In this document: positions 40,276 to 50,404 of the stretch, piece after piece
Layout: each line of letters opens with the position of its first letter
Numbering within the stretch: position 1 is the stretch's first letter
IMG/VR virus record: IMGVR_UViG_3300014204_000146
Coordinates: 26,592 to 90,591 of that record
Origin: a virus
Taxonomy: Duplodnaviria; Caudoviricetes
Length of the DNA stretch: 64,000 bases
Reading direction: 5' to 3' (one strand)
Translations under genes and position numbers: made by a program
The notes under the pieces: model-generated
Told to the model about the DNA's origin: nothing
The model's database searches: none
The model's input: only the letters and a program-made list of their open reading frames with translations

Positions 40276-40761
40276 TTACGACAATGCAACCAATACTTCT
40301 ACAGTAATCAAATGTCTATATTTGTCTATCTGAGACAAATTTGAAATTCCTTCAAGTTCTTTTTTGTTCTCAATGACCCTAACAATGTTTACTCTTCCGG
40401 CTTTTACTTTGGCAGCTGTGTATACTCCAGAAACTTGACTGACAGTGTATGTATAATAATCTATACCAGATTGAATGTTGGATAATAACCAATCTTTTAA
40501 ATCTATTCTTTGTCCATCATCAGAAGCAAAAATTCTAAATGCTATAAGGTGTTTTTTCTCAAATATCGAACTTCCCAATTCTAATCTTTTTTGATTAGAT
40601 TCTCTAATTTCATTAATCAAAATAACAGGAGTAACTCCATCATATACAGCAGCAAATGCTTGTTCTACTCTAATACCAGACCAATGGTCAGTTATAAGTT
40701 GTGCTGTAATAAAATCCTGATATGAAGCTTCAACTGACCTGGTTTCTCTATATGTTCCCAT
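40276..40761 (-). CDS. tail terminator/completion protein
   Basis: Canonical position and size. Confidence 0.5.
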   Translation of the reverse strand: MGTYRETRSVEASYQDFITAQLITDHWSGIRVEQAFAAVYDGVTPVILINEIRESNQKRLELGSSIFEKKHLIAFRIFASDDGQRIDLKDWLLSNIQSGIDYYTYTVSQVSGVYTAAKVKAGRVNIVRVIENKKELEGISNLSQIDKYRHLITVEVLVALS

Positions 40762-40762
40762 A

Positions 40763-41332
40763 TTATACCTTCTTTAATTTTTGAATTTCAGATTCTATAA
40801 ATCCTTTTATCTCAGTTTCAATAGTATTTACTAAAACAGAAGTTGAAATCGAAATATAATTTAATCCTTCAATTGGCTTAGTGGCTTTGAAAGTAAATTT
40901 TTTTCCATCAACATTTCCACCTTTGTCCCAGTTACCCTGTCTAAAAGACTTCGTATCAGGATTTGGAGTTCCCGGAGCAAAAATACCATATGGAACCAAA
41001 TTACCATGATAAGGAACATATCCTCCAGCATCTAAAACATTCCAATAAGGAGCATTAATATTCATCTCATCTATATTTCCAATTCCGAATATCACAGAAC
41101 TTGGCATACAATCTAACATATTATATTTGATACTATTTTCGAGAAGATGAGTTCCTAAATCTGGACGCTTTCTTCCAGCTGCAATTAATGTTACCATTTT
41201 TAAAACTGCTGCTTCAGACCAACTCTCCATCTTTTTAGTCATATCTATGTAAAACATCCGCATCATGTTCTTCATAAATAATTCTGCGTTCTTTACTCCT
41301 CTTCTATCAGTTGTAACTTTTATAGAAAACAT
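40763..41332 (-). CDS. HK97 gp10-like tail completion protein
   Basis: NAPYW..LD.G motif; position. Confidence 0.55.
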   Translation of the reverse strand: MFSIKVTTDRRGVKNAELFMKNMMRMFYIDMTKKMESWSEAAVLKMVTLIAAGRKRPDLGTHLLENSIKYNMLDCMPSSVIFGIGNIDEMNINAPYWNVLDAGGYVPYHGNLVPYGIFAPGTPNPDTKSFRQGNWDKGGNVDGKKFTFKATKPIEGLNYISISTSVLVNTIETEIKGFIESEIQKLKKV

Positions 41333-41333
41333 A

Positions 41334-41705
41334 TTATGCCCTTGTAGCAACTACAATGATATAATCCCTTTCCGTCCTAATCTGAAAGCCCTTGGATGCT
41401 GACTTATAAGTAATATATTCTACTTCGTCGATTAAAATTTTTCTTGCACATTCAAACAATCCTTTATAAATCTTTGGAGCAATTATTTTCTTACTTCCAG
41501 TAGGAATACTGCCGTAAAACTCATATGCTAAAGAACCGAATGAAGCATCGGATACTATCGCTTCTACTGGAATAACACTATTTAAAGTTTCTTGTGTATT
41601 TTTTTTATATGGGTCTAAAACTACAGCAGTTCCTGTATAAACAAAAATCTTTGTAAGTTCGCCTTGGTCTTTTAAGAATCTAAAGAGGTCTATTTTATTT
41701 TTCAT
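41334..41705 (-). CDS. head closure protein-like
   Basis: Canonical position and size. Confidence 0.5.
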   Translation of the reverse strand: MKNKIDLFRFLKDQGELTKIFVYTGTAVVLDPYKKNTQETLNSVIPVEAIVSDASFGSLAYEFYGSIPTGSKKIIAPKIYKGLFECARKILIDEVEYITYKSASKGFQIRTERDYIIVVATRA

Positions 41706-41708
41706 GTT

Positions 41709-42314
41709 TTACTCTTCGCTGGGTGTCCAGGCGTCCGGTGTGGATTCAAAAGGATGATAATCAAACACACCATATCTCGTTCTATAAGTTTCTACTATTC
41801 TCTTTATTCTGACTTCTTTTGATTCTTTCTCGGTAAAATTTATAGAAATATCTGGAGTGTGATAATTGGCTATTCCTCCATCAATCAAAATAGAAGCAAT
41901 CATGGCTATCATTCTTTGCTGTCGAACAGTAGTGGCTATTGCTCCATATAAAATTACATCTCCTGAGCCGATTAAAAAATCTCCATACTTGAATACACTG
42001 ATGTGGTACAATGACGATTTAATAAATCCTTCAAGTTCATCGTCAGAATACTTCTTATATGCAGAATAACGAAACTCAAGAACATCCCCAACTGCCAATG
42101 TTCCAGTTACAGTTACTTTGTTTGTATCAGTGCTAAAAGAATAATTTCCGCTCGTAAATAAAGTTCCATTCTTATAAACTAACAGTGTAGCGGAAGAAAT
42201 ATTTGCTTCAGATAAAGTAAATACTTTACTGGACAGATATTCATGTATTTCTGGTGCACATTTTACCAGATTGTCTTGTATCAAATCACGGACTAAAGGA
42301 ATTATAGTGGTCAT
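41709..42314 (-). CDS. head-tail adaptor-like protein
   Basis: I..VRDLIQD...YSDDEL..FI pattern; position after capsid. Confidence 0.55.
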   Translation of the reverse strand: MTTIIPLVRDLIQDNLVKCAPEIHEYLSSKVFTLSEANISSATLLVYKNGTLFTSGNYSFSTDTNKVTVTGTLAVGDVLEFRYSAYKKYSDDELEGFIKSSLYHISVFKYGDFLIGSGDVILYGAIATTVRQQRMIAMIASILIDGGIANYHTPDISINFTEKESKEVRIKRIVETYRTRYGVFDYHPFESTPDAWTPSEE

Positions 42315-42772
42315 TCTTTATCACCTTCTATAATAAAATTTCTTTTTCTATCTTGTTGCCTACAAAGAAGCACTTCTGCTCCTCGGTCTCCAGCAAATCT
42401 AAAACCTATTCCCAATAAAATTTTATAAGCTGCGCTGTTCTTGCGAATTTTTATATACCAATGTCTCCAGCCCTCTTCGTAAAAAAATCCAATCAGCAAC
42501 TTCCTTAGTGCCTGAGCATCTGCATACAAGAATTTAAGATATTTTCTATCCGATTTATCAGCCAACCCATAAGTAATAACAATTCCTTTGTTTTCATATT
42601 TATAACACCGCTCTCCGCGCCTTAATAGTTTTTCATAATATCTGAGGACTTTTATATCCTTTAAAAATAACCTATCTCTATCTTTAGTAATATAAAAAAT
42701 ATTATCATTATCCCTTAAATCAGTAGTCAATACATCATTTATGAAGTTTTGTTTAATCAGTCTTTGTATCAT
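42311..42772 (-). CDS. hypothetical protein (possibly GNAT-like)
   Basis: C-terminal IRKNSAAYKILLGIGFRF resembles GNAT motif B; weak. Confidence 0.45.
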   Translation of the reverse strand: MIQRLIKQNFINDVLTTDLRDNDNIFYITKDRDRLFLKDIKVLRYYEKLLRRGERCYKYENKGIVITYGLADKSDRKYLKFLYADAQALRKLLIGFFYEEGWRHWYIKIRKNSAAYKILLGIGFRFAGDRGAEVLLCRQQDRKRNFIIEGDKE

Positions 42773-42840
42773 TTTTATCCTTTCATTATATTTTTAATAA
42801 TTGGGACGGGGGATTTCTCCCCCATCTGTCTTATCTTTAA

Positions 42841-42960
42841 TTAAGTTTTTAAAATATTCTGTCCAATATTCTCAACTTTTAATTTTTGAGCGCAAGATAA
42901 ACATCTAACCGCTCTTCTCCCAATTTCAATTCCACACTCTACACAATAATATTTTTTCAT
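42841..42960 (-). pseudogene. truncated zinc-ribbon ORF, probable HNH homing endonuclease remnant
   Basis: MKKYYCVECGIEIGRRAVRCLSCAQK..., stops after 39 aa. Confidence 0.5.
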
Positions 42961-43009
42961 AGTATTTTTGGGAGGGGAATTGCTTCCCCTCTTTCTATGT
43001 TTTCAAACT

Positions 43010-44029
43010 TTAGTTAGCAACCTCAGATACCCACGAGCTTCCGCGATAGAACCCGGCAAGTCCGTATATATTTCTAACTGCTACTGCTATTGATTCAAAT
43101 CCAACCACACCTATAGCAGGAAGCCTGGTAGCTCCAACTGGCATAATTGCGGGAGTTTGAATTATAGCTCTATTTATCTGACCATCAATATTTCCACCTA
43201 AAATCTGAATAGGAGTCAACTTACGTCTCATAAACACGCCAGGTTTTCCCATTTCAGTATTCAGCGCAACAAGAATAGCTTTATTTGTATTTAAAAGCGG
43301 AACCTCTACTAACTGACCTACAGTTCTATCAGCAGTAGCATGACGAAATACAGTACCACTCACACGGATTATCTGAATGTTAAGGCTATCCAGAGCATCT
43401 TTCAGTGAATGATATTTATTCTCATCATAATCCCACAGCGCTATATCAGATTCTACTTGCGAACCGACAAGCAATACATAGTTATCGCCATAATCTTTAA
43501 CCGCGTCCCTCATTTCTAACAAATCAGGATAACGGAATTTAGTCTGCCCGGATTCAAGAAGCTGACGATGGGTAGCGTCGTTGATGATTGCAGCATCATG
43601 AACGAGAATAACTTTCTTAATTTCTTCTGCGTTCAAAGACCTATTAATCTGCACATTTTTGTTAGCCATAACATCATATTTCGCTTTCAGCAAATCAGTA
43701 AAAGCAACATAAAATTCCTGAGACATATTGTCAACGAACGTCGCCTGTACGGGAGTTGCCGGAGTAACCTGAATAGACTGAACTGCACCGGAAGCATCAA
43801 TATAAAATACTTTTTTGTCAGTCAGCAAAGCATCAAACGTATACGCATCTTCTCCAGCGTCTACAGTCTGAGGTTCGCAAAGAGCTTCAACCACTTTAGG
43901 ATAAGGACGGAGCGGGTCAAGAGGTTCGCCGATTATCCGGGCTACAGCAGCATAAATCTGACCTGTAGTCAACATAGCTTTAATTTCTTCAGTAGCTTTA
44001 ATCATTTCTTCTTTTGTTAATTTTGCCAT
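43010..44029 (-). CDS. major capsid protein (HK97 fold)
   Basis: 339 aa with GGAGG RBS, downstream of protease/scaffold; conserved high-expression codon style. Confidence 0.8.
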   Translation of the reverse strand: MAKLTKEEMIKATEEIKAMLTTGQIYAAVARIIGEPLDPLRPYPKVVEALCEPQTVDAGEDAYTFDALLTDKKVFYIDASGAVQSIQVTPATPVQATFVDNMSQEFYVAFTDLLKAKYDVMANKNVQINRSLNAEEIKKVILVHDAAIINDATHRQLLESGQTKFRYPDLLEMRDAVKDYGDNYVLLVGSQVESDIALWDYDENKYHSLKDALDSLNIQIIRVSGTVFRHATADRTVGQLVEVPLLNTNKAILVALNTEMGKPGVFMRRKLTPIQILGGNIDGQINRAIIQTPAIMPVGATRLPAIGVVGFESIAVAVRNIYGLAGFYRGSSWVSEVAN

Positions 44030-44085
44030 TTTTAATATCCTCCTATTAGAATATTGGCATTTAGCAGCCTTATCAGTTTGACTGC

Positions 44086-45816
44086 TTATTTCTTATCTAA
44101 ACTTTTTCTCTTCTCTTCTAATGTTGATGCAACTACTTTATCCAGAAAAGACTTTGGTTCTGATTCTTGTTCTTCTCCATCTGAATTTTCAGTAGATACA
44201 ATCATTTTCGAAGGTTTTACTTCTTTAGCTTTAAGTGTTTCTATCTCTTGCTTCGAAGAAGCAAGTTCTTTGTTCAGTTTTTCTACTTCTTTATCTTTTA
44301 TTGTAGAAGCAGAAACCGCTTGTTCATATTGTTCGCTTGTATACAATCTTTTTCCATCTAAAACCTGAACTGTTACCGACTTCCCAAATTCATTTTCGGT
44401 GGTAGAAACTATCTTCCCTTTTGTGGTTTCTACAGCAGAATAATCTTTATCACCTATATTTCTAACCAAAGTTTCAGTATAATCATAAACGGTGGTTAGT
44501 GTGCTTTTACTTGTTCCAGCTTTTGCAGCTTCAATTACCTTTTCATTGGTTTCTGTTTTAGCTTCAATAGGTTTATTTTTTTCTATTTCAGCTTTTACCA
44601 TAGCATCAAGTTGAACCTGCGTATATTTCAACATCTTACTTTCATTGGTACTATTAGATTCCGATTCTTCAACTTCTTCATGACCATCTTTAAAAGTCTT
44701 AACTGTTTTACATTCTGCTTTATATTGACTGTCAAGCGCTCCATCTTCTCCAACAGTTTCTATATTTTGACTGATATAATAAGTAACAACCTTAACTGGC
44801 TTTTCTTTATCACAAGGGCAATTAATAATATCAGCTTTAATTGGTTCTTCTGTTGGTTTGGTTTCTTTGTTTTCTACAGCCGGAACAGCTGGCGTAGAAG
44901 TATTTTTTAAATTCCACGCTATAATTGAAGTTTTAACATCTTCAATCTTAGCACCAATAAATTCCTTCGCAAACTTCATTTCTTCATCAGTTCCTTCTAC
45001 AAGTTTCAAACTTTCTTCGGTTACTTCATTTACTGTGCTGGCTTCTACTTTAGATAAAAATTCTACAAATTTCATTTTTTCTTTACCCTCCTCACATGTG
45101 CACACTGCACATTTTTTACATTTTAAATTATCCATATACTGTTCTGCATATATGATTTCTGGATTCAAATCTTCTACAAAAGTAGCGATATTTAACTTTT
45201 TATCTTTGTCTATTTCTGCCTGAGAAGCGAGTAAATTTAAAACTCTGGCTTTTGGACATGCCGGACGTTCCGTAAGTAACAATCCACACCCAGAACAGGT
45301 CATTTCTGTTACTTCATAAGTTCCGTCGCCAACACGCACCAATACGTCTTCTCCAGTAGCAGTGTATCGAAATAACTCAAACGAAACAAAAAGCTTTTTG
45401 TCTGAGAATAATTTTTTTACTTTTTCAAAATCTTCTTTAAATGCTTCTTTAAACAGACAACCATATACGACCATAAAATTATCTTCAATCTCTCCATCAA
45501 GAATAAATCCACAAATATGATGAGCTCCTAAGTGGTCAAAATTTATCTGATTTCCAGCAAAACTTTTCTGACCTCTTTTGGCAACTTCTTTTTTAACGCG
45601 AATTTTATTTCTATTTGGAACATCACATTCTGCATAAATAGTCTTAAAAAAAGCAAGACTTCTATTAGGATATTCAATTCCTTTTTTTTCAACCAGAGCA
45701 ATTAATTTCTTTTCTTCTTTGTCTCCGGCTTCTAAAAAAGTAGTAGAACTTCCTAAAGTATAATCTACCAATGCCTGTCCAAATAATTTATCATAGTCCA
45801 TAATAAAAGCCTCCAA
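44086..45816 (-). CDS. prohead protease-scaffold fusion
   Basis: N-terminal NRN...INFDH...VSFE protease-like domain; Glu/Lys-rich C-terminus. Confidence 0.7.
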   Translation of the reverse strand: MEAFIMDYDKLFGQALVDYTLGSSTTFLEAGDKEEKKLIALVEKKGIEYPNRSLAFFKTIYAECDVPNRNKIRVKKEVAKRGQKSFAGNQINFDHLGAHHICGFILDGEIEDNFMVVYGCLFKEAFKEDFEKVKKLFSDKKLFVSFELFRYTATGEDVLVRVGDGTYEVTEMTCSGCGLLLTERPACPKARVLNLLASQAEIDKDKKLNIATFVEDLNPEIIYAEQYMDNLKCKKCAVCTCEEGKEKMKFVEFLSKVEASTVNEVTEESLKLVEGTDEEMKFAKEFIGAKIEDVKTSIIAWNLKNTSTPAVPAVENKETKPTEEPIKADIINCPCDKEKPVKVVTYYISQNIETVGEDGALDSQYKAECKTVKTFKDGHEEVEESESNSTNESKMLKYTQVQLDAMVKAEIEKNKPIEAKTETNEKVIEAAKAGTSKSTLTTVYDYTETLVRNIGDKDYSAVETTKGKIVSTTENEFGKSVTVQVLDGKRLYTSEQYEQAVSASTIKDKEVEKLNKELASSKQEIETLKAKEVKPSKMIVSTENSDGEEQESEPKSFLDKVVASTLEEKRKSLDKK

Positions 45817-45818
45817 AA

Positions 45819-47582
45819 TTACTTATTCTTTCTTTTTCTATTGACAACAAACCATGCGGTTCTAAAACTAACAGCTTCTTTATTTTCTTTTCCTGCATTT
45901 CTTTTATATGTATCATTAAAAACTCTCATCCACAGTTGTTGTAATTTCTTACTTAGCTTTTTAACCGCCGGAGGCAAATCTATCAACGAATTATATGGCG
46001 CGGTTATTATTTCAGAAGCCTCAACATTTCCTTTACCTTCTTGATTTACGTTTAAACCGCAAGATGGACATTTCACACTTCCCATCGAGACTTCTGGTTC
46101 TGTTGCATAGTCAAAGGACTCATTACATCTTTCACAACGAACAGATGCTTTCATCTTATTTTTTTCATTGTTTTTTTCTTCCTGCTTTTTTGTTACTGGA
46201 ACTTTTTTAGATGGAACAGATGTCTTGCTATTTGGAATAACAGTTTCCGATTCCTCTCCCGGACGAGGAAATTGCTGCTGTACCTGAATAAGATGAGGAG
46301 CAAATAAATCTTCGTCTCCAGAATCCAATTCCTGCTTTCTTCTTTCCTTTTCAATCTTCGGGTCTAAACCCAATGCTTCTTGATATGTCTTTATAGAAGA
46401 AGCTCCATAAGCAAACGACTGTCTTATAGCATCGAGGATTGTTTGAATATTTAATTTTAAAGGAGTGTTGGTTACTAATATTTCATTATTTTTGCTAAAA
46501 TATTTTTTATGAGAGCCAATATTTTTTTCTATGATTATTTCAACAAGTTCGTGAATAATTGATTTGAAATCTCGAACACCTGCATTAACTCCGGCAATAT
46601 ATGGTTTGGGATTCAAAACTTCTTCTTTTCTACTATCTCCAACTCCCTGAACCACGCTAATGAAACCGAGAGAAGAAATTATTGCCCGTTCGCCAGTTTC
46701 TGTCAAATCCCTACTAAAAATATTTCTAATATCAGGAATTATATGTTGCAAATTTGTATCATATGGCGCAGCATACATTGGATTTTCTTTAGCATTGCTT
46801 TTATAGTCAGCCAACCAAGTTTTAAATCCAGAAACAAGTGGAGCCAAATCAGTGTCGTCATATGTAACTCCAGCGCGGGATTGTTCATTGTTTCCTTTTG
46901 TCAAAAACAATAAATAAGGTAACATCTTTTTTAAAACATCTTCTCCTTTTTCTTTCAATAAATCCAAACCAAGAAAATTTCTCAAAACACCTATCATAAC
47001 CAAATAAGGCACTGGATATTTAACATGCCAGCGAGAAAATGGTTTTTGAATAATCACTGTATTTTCATCTGTATCTTTTAGAGGAATTTCTTCATTCTTG
47101 TCAAGAAAATAAGAAAAATCTCCTAACTTTACAATAGCACTGTCTCCGCTCTTTACATAAACAGAAGCACCATCTACAAAATAAACTGTCTGAGGCAAAA
47201 GAATTCCTTCAACTTCTGTCCAATCAGTCGCCTGTAAAATACAAAGAGAAGAACCCTTCCATCTCTCAATAAAATATTCTTTCGATAAAGCGTTTATTCC
47301 TGTAGGAACCTTCCCCCTGTGATTCTTATTCAAAGAAGACAGCCATTTATTCAATACCCTATCTAACTCTTGATTCTTTGTCTCGATTTTATAAGTTGGT
47401 TCAGATGCAGAATCAATAGAAAAATTAAGGATAACATTTATCAATCCGGTAGTATCACTTGCAAGCATGTTCTTAATCGACTTGCAACGTGCGTGATATG
47501 TCGAAGGAACTTTAATATCTCCCCCAAGAGACATATAATTTAAAATTTGAAGCCAACTATTTATGTCGGTAAGTTCTGCCAT
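45819..47582 (-). CDS. portal protein with C-terminal Zn ribbon and ChaB-like domain
   Basis: Position after terL; CERC...CPSC then YNSLIDLPPAVKKL...WMRVFN...AW. Confidence 0.75.
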   Translation of the reverse strand: MAELTDINSWLQILNYMSLGGDIKVPSTYHARCKSIKNMLASDTTGLINVILNFSIDSASEPTYKIETKNQELDRVLNKWLSSLNKNHRGKVPTGINALSKEYFIERWKGSSLCILQATDWTEVEGILLPQTVYFVDGASVYVKSGDSAIVKLGDFSYFLDKNEEIPLKDTDENTVIIQKPFSRWHVKYPVPYLVMIGVLRNFLGLDLLKEKGEDVLKKMLPYLLFLTKGNNEQSRAGVTYDDTDLAPLVSGFKTWLADYKSNAKENPMYAAPYDTNLQHIIPDIRNIFSRDLTETGERAIISSLGFISVVQGVGDSRKEEVLNPKPYIAGVNAGVRDFKSIIHELVEIIIEKNIGSHKKYFSKNNEILVTNTPLKLNIQTILDAIRQSFAYGASSIKTYQEALGLDPKIEKERRKQELDSGDEDLFAPHLIQVQQQFPRPGEESETVIPNSKTSVPSKKVPVTKKQEEKNNEKNKMKASVRCERCNESFDYATEPEVSMGSVKCPSCGLNVNQEGKGNVEASEIITAPYNSLIDLPPAVKKLSKKLQQLWMRVFNDTYKRNAGKENKEAVSFRTAWFVVNRKRKNK

Positions 47583-47583
47583 T

Positions 47584-47826
47584 TTAAGCTCCGATTGGTA
47601 CGTTTATTTTATTTGTATAAAATTCTGTCCAATAAGTTCTATTCTTATTTGCTTTTAGATTGCAAATTTTACAAGTATATGTTTTTAAAGTTCTTCCATC
47701 CTTATAATTTGGATGATTAACTGGATTTTTTAAAAATACTTTCATAGCACAAGAAGCACAATGTCCAGATGTATTTCTTCTTGATATTTCTCTATAACAG
47801 ACATTACAAAATTTCTTTATGACCAT
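47584..47826 (-). pseudogene. truncated zinc-ribbon/NUMOD-like ORF, probable HNH endonuclease remnant
   Basis: CNVC...CASC...NHPNYKDG...CKIC with no HNH catalytic segment following. Confidence 0.5.
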
Positions 47827-49448
47827 ATGCCGAGAGAAGTCTTTTTTGGCTTGGCTTCTTTTGTTAAAAGTGGCATCTGTTCTGTTAACCACTCTAAAAT
47901 CGCGAAAACTTGCATACATTGTACTAAATGGTCTTCACCATTACGAGAATCAAACATCACTTTATTCTGACTAACGATTTGCAAATAATCAGAAAACTGT
48001 TCATCAAACTTTATAAAATTATCCGGTATAATAAATTGTTTATCAAAAAATAAAGTCCTTAATCTCTGAACTGCAAAAATCAATGTATGTTCTTCTTCTG
48101 GAATTGGCTTTCCATTTCCATCTACCGCGAGTTTCTTTGGGTCTTTTTCATCTTTCTTAAATCCAACAACAATGTTTTCATTAAAAGCACACCAAATAAC
48201 TCTCTTCAAAATTTTATCGTCAATAACCAAATCCAATTTTTCACTAAGCTGCCTATAAATTGGAGCCCCCATAATCGTAGCATCCACGGCAATAAAGTTT
48301 GCTCCAACTTTATTAAAAAGCCAAATCATCAATTCGGCGTTTTCTTTGTCGTCCAATTTCCAGGTCGTAATGTTATAAACAAGTTGGTAACGACCATTTA
48401 CTTTAAAAGTAATTCCTATTTCAGTAGCAGCAGCATTGCCTCCAATATCAGCATGAATATATGTTCTTTCTGCACTTTTATGAGAATCAACAATTAATTC
48501 ACTCTTAAATCGAGGATAATTTTCTTTCGTAATCTCAAAAGCTTTTATTGCTTTGTCCGTTTGATAATTTGCTCGGACACGCTCCATGTCGAACGCACCC
48601 TCAGCACCTTCTACCAATTCTGCTGAGACATTAACTTTATAACAAACCGTATTTGTTCCACCATATTGACGCTCTCTTTCTTCTCTTGTCGCAGCGTTCC
48701 AATATGGGCTCGCATATTGTGGCAATCTTAAAATTTGTTTTTGTTTTCGAGCGTCTTTCAAAATTTTTCCTAAAGGAGAGACTTTTGTTACTAACGGAAT
48801 TCCAACCAAAACTTCAGCACATCCTTTTTCTCCAATAGCATCAATCTTTTTATTAAAAGCTGCTTCTGTCTCTGCCTGAATTTCGTCCGTAAAATTAAAA
48901 TCTGTGTGATGCCCCCACCAGTTAGTTCCTGGGTCTTTGCCTTTTATTGTCTCGTTTATACCATAGAAAATATTACCATTCTTGGTTTCTATTTTATATT
49001 CTGGAGACCCTTTGATTGCTTCTTTATATTGTTTAAAAAAACTATGTGATGTAAAAAAACTTCTTATTACATCCATAACCTTAGACATATGTTTTTCGTC
49101 ATATGCAGAAAAGGTCATTTCTTTTCCAGAATAATAAACCATCTTTAAAATTATATTTCCAACTAAAGCAATAAATGTCTTGCCTAATTTACGGGCAAGA
49201 ATAATGTACTTCGTTCCAAGTTTGACTCGACGCTGAAAATTCTCAAAGTCATCCAATCTATCATCATCTTCTAACACACCATCAAGAGCGAGAAATGGTC
49301 TTTGATATGGACGAACTTTCAAACACTCTCCAGCCTCATCCCAATCTCGCATTGCTCCTTGGGGATATAAACTTTCGAGCATACATTTTGGATTATAAAA
49401 ACAAGAAATATAAAACAACTCCTCATCTGTAACGTTCTTTTTTATCAT
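47817..49448 (-). CDS. terL: terminase large subunit
   Basis: ARKLGKT Walker A, FTDEIQ Walker B, HADIGG RNase H-like Asp, DHLVQ. Confidence 0.85.
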   Translation of the reverse strand: MIKKNVTDEELFYISCFYNPKCMLESLYPQGAMRDWDEAGECLKVRPYQRPFLALDGVLEDDDRLDDFENFQRRVKLGTKYIILARKLGKTFIALVGNIILKMVYYSGKEMTFSAYDEKHMSKVMDVIRSFFTSHSFFKQYKEAIKGSPEYKIETKNGNIFYGINETIKGKDPGTNWWGHHTDFNFTDEIQAETEAAFNKKIDAIGEKGCAEVLVGIPLVTKVSPLGKILKDARKQKQILRLPQYASPYWNAATREERERQYGGTNTVCYKVNVSAELVEGAEGAFDMERVRANYQTDKAIKAFEITKENYPRFKSELIVDSHKSAERTYIHADIGGNAAATEIGITFKVNGRYQLVYNITTWKLDDKENAELMIWLFNKVGANFIAVDATIMGAPIYRQLSEKLDLVIDDKILKRVIWCAFNENIVVGFKKDEKDPKKLAVDGNGKPIPEEEHTLIFAVQRLRTLFFDKQFIIPDNFIKFDEQFSDYLQIVSQNKVMFDSRNGEDHLVQCMQVFAILEWLTEQMPLLTKEAKPKKTSLGIWS

Positions 49449-50200
49449 TATAGTTCAGGATTGTGAATTTCTATTTTAAATGATTTCAACATCCATTCCA
49501 ACAAATCCATTGTGATATTTAAATACCTACACGCTTGCGCGGGAGTAATTATACGATTACTCAAATCAGAAAAAATTTCTTTATTAAAAAGAAATCCTCC
49601 GGCAATATACCAGGGATGTTTTACGATTTCGTCTTTCTCTTTATCAATTCTTCTTCTTATAAGAGAAAACTCTAAACAATGAGGGCACTGAAAATCAAAA
49701 TTTGCCCGATTTTCTGCATCGTTAACATAAGCATGAAATCGCTGCATGATGTTGTTGTGAATCTTTACATAGTCGGCGAGTTCTTTATCTTCCTCTTGCT
49801 TGGTCATCCCCAACAATGCTTTGAGTTTTGCAATCTGGTCATTATTACTTCTCAAAGTGTCGAGGGTGTTATTGTGAATTATTGAACTTCCTCCATCAGA
49901 AGCTGTTTGATTGTCGTTAAGATATTTTTTTATCCTTAAATTGGTAATTTCTAAATATATCAAATCATAAAGAGTACGCCTATCCGAACTTGACTCTATT
50001 TCATACTCGGCAGTATATTGATTATAAATTGTCTTAGCAATATCCAATTCTTCAGGATTAACCTGCGAGGACAATTCTCCTTCAAGTTTTTTTTCTTCTA
50101 ATTTTTTTATAGCTGCAACTTCCAGTTCCTCCGGCGAAGCATTTTTATACTGCGTCAGATTTTTCATCTTGGAAATTATTTTTTCTATTTCAGGATTCAT
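49448..50200 (-). CDS. terminase small subunit-like protein
   Basis: Helical protein immediately upstream of terL; C-terminal CPHC and HTH-like segment. Confidence 0.5.
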   Translation of the reverse strand: MNPEIEKIISKMKNLTQYKNASPEELEVAAIKKLEEKKLEGELSSQVNPEELDIAKTIYNQYTAEYEIESSSDRRTLYDLIYLEITNLRIKKYLNDNQTASDGGSSIIHNNTLDTLRSNNDQIAKLKALLGMTKQEEDKELADYVKIHNNIMQRFHAYVNDAENRANFDFQCPHCLEFSLIRRRIDKEKDEIVKHPWYIAGGFLFNKEIFSDLSNRIITPAQACRYLNITMDLLEWMLKSFKIEIHNPEL

Positions 50201-50348
50201 TTACAATTTCCTTTCTTTCCCAATCAAACTCTACTTCCCAATTACACAAAATTATTGTAAAAAATTTTCCTTTCCTACTTCCTCCCCAACCCAAAGCAAT
50301 AAAATAATTATGATGTGGAACGAGCCTTGGACGAAAAGTTGTTTTCAT
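50190..50348 (-). CDS. small hypothetical protein (52 aa)
   Basis: Manual translation MKTTFRPRLV...; overlaps the start of the 50200 gene. Confidence 0.4.
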   Translation of the reverse strand: MKTTFRPRLVPHHNYFIALGWGGSRKGKFFTIILCNWEVEFDWERKEIVNES

Positions 50349-50404
50349 AAACACGACCAATGTAAAAAAATAAAATATGAACTATCTATAAAACAAAAAA
50401 GCCC

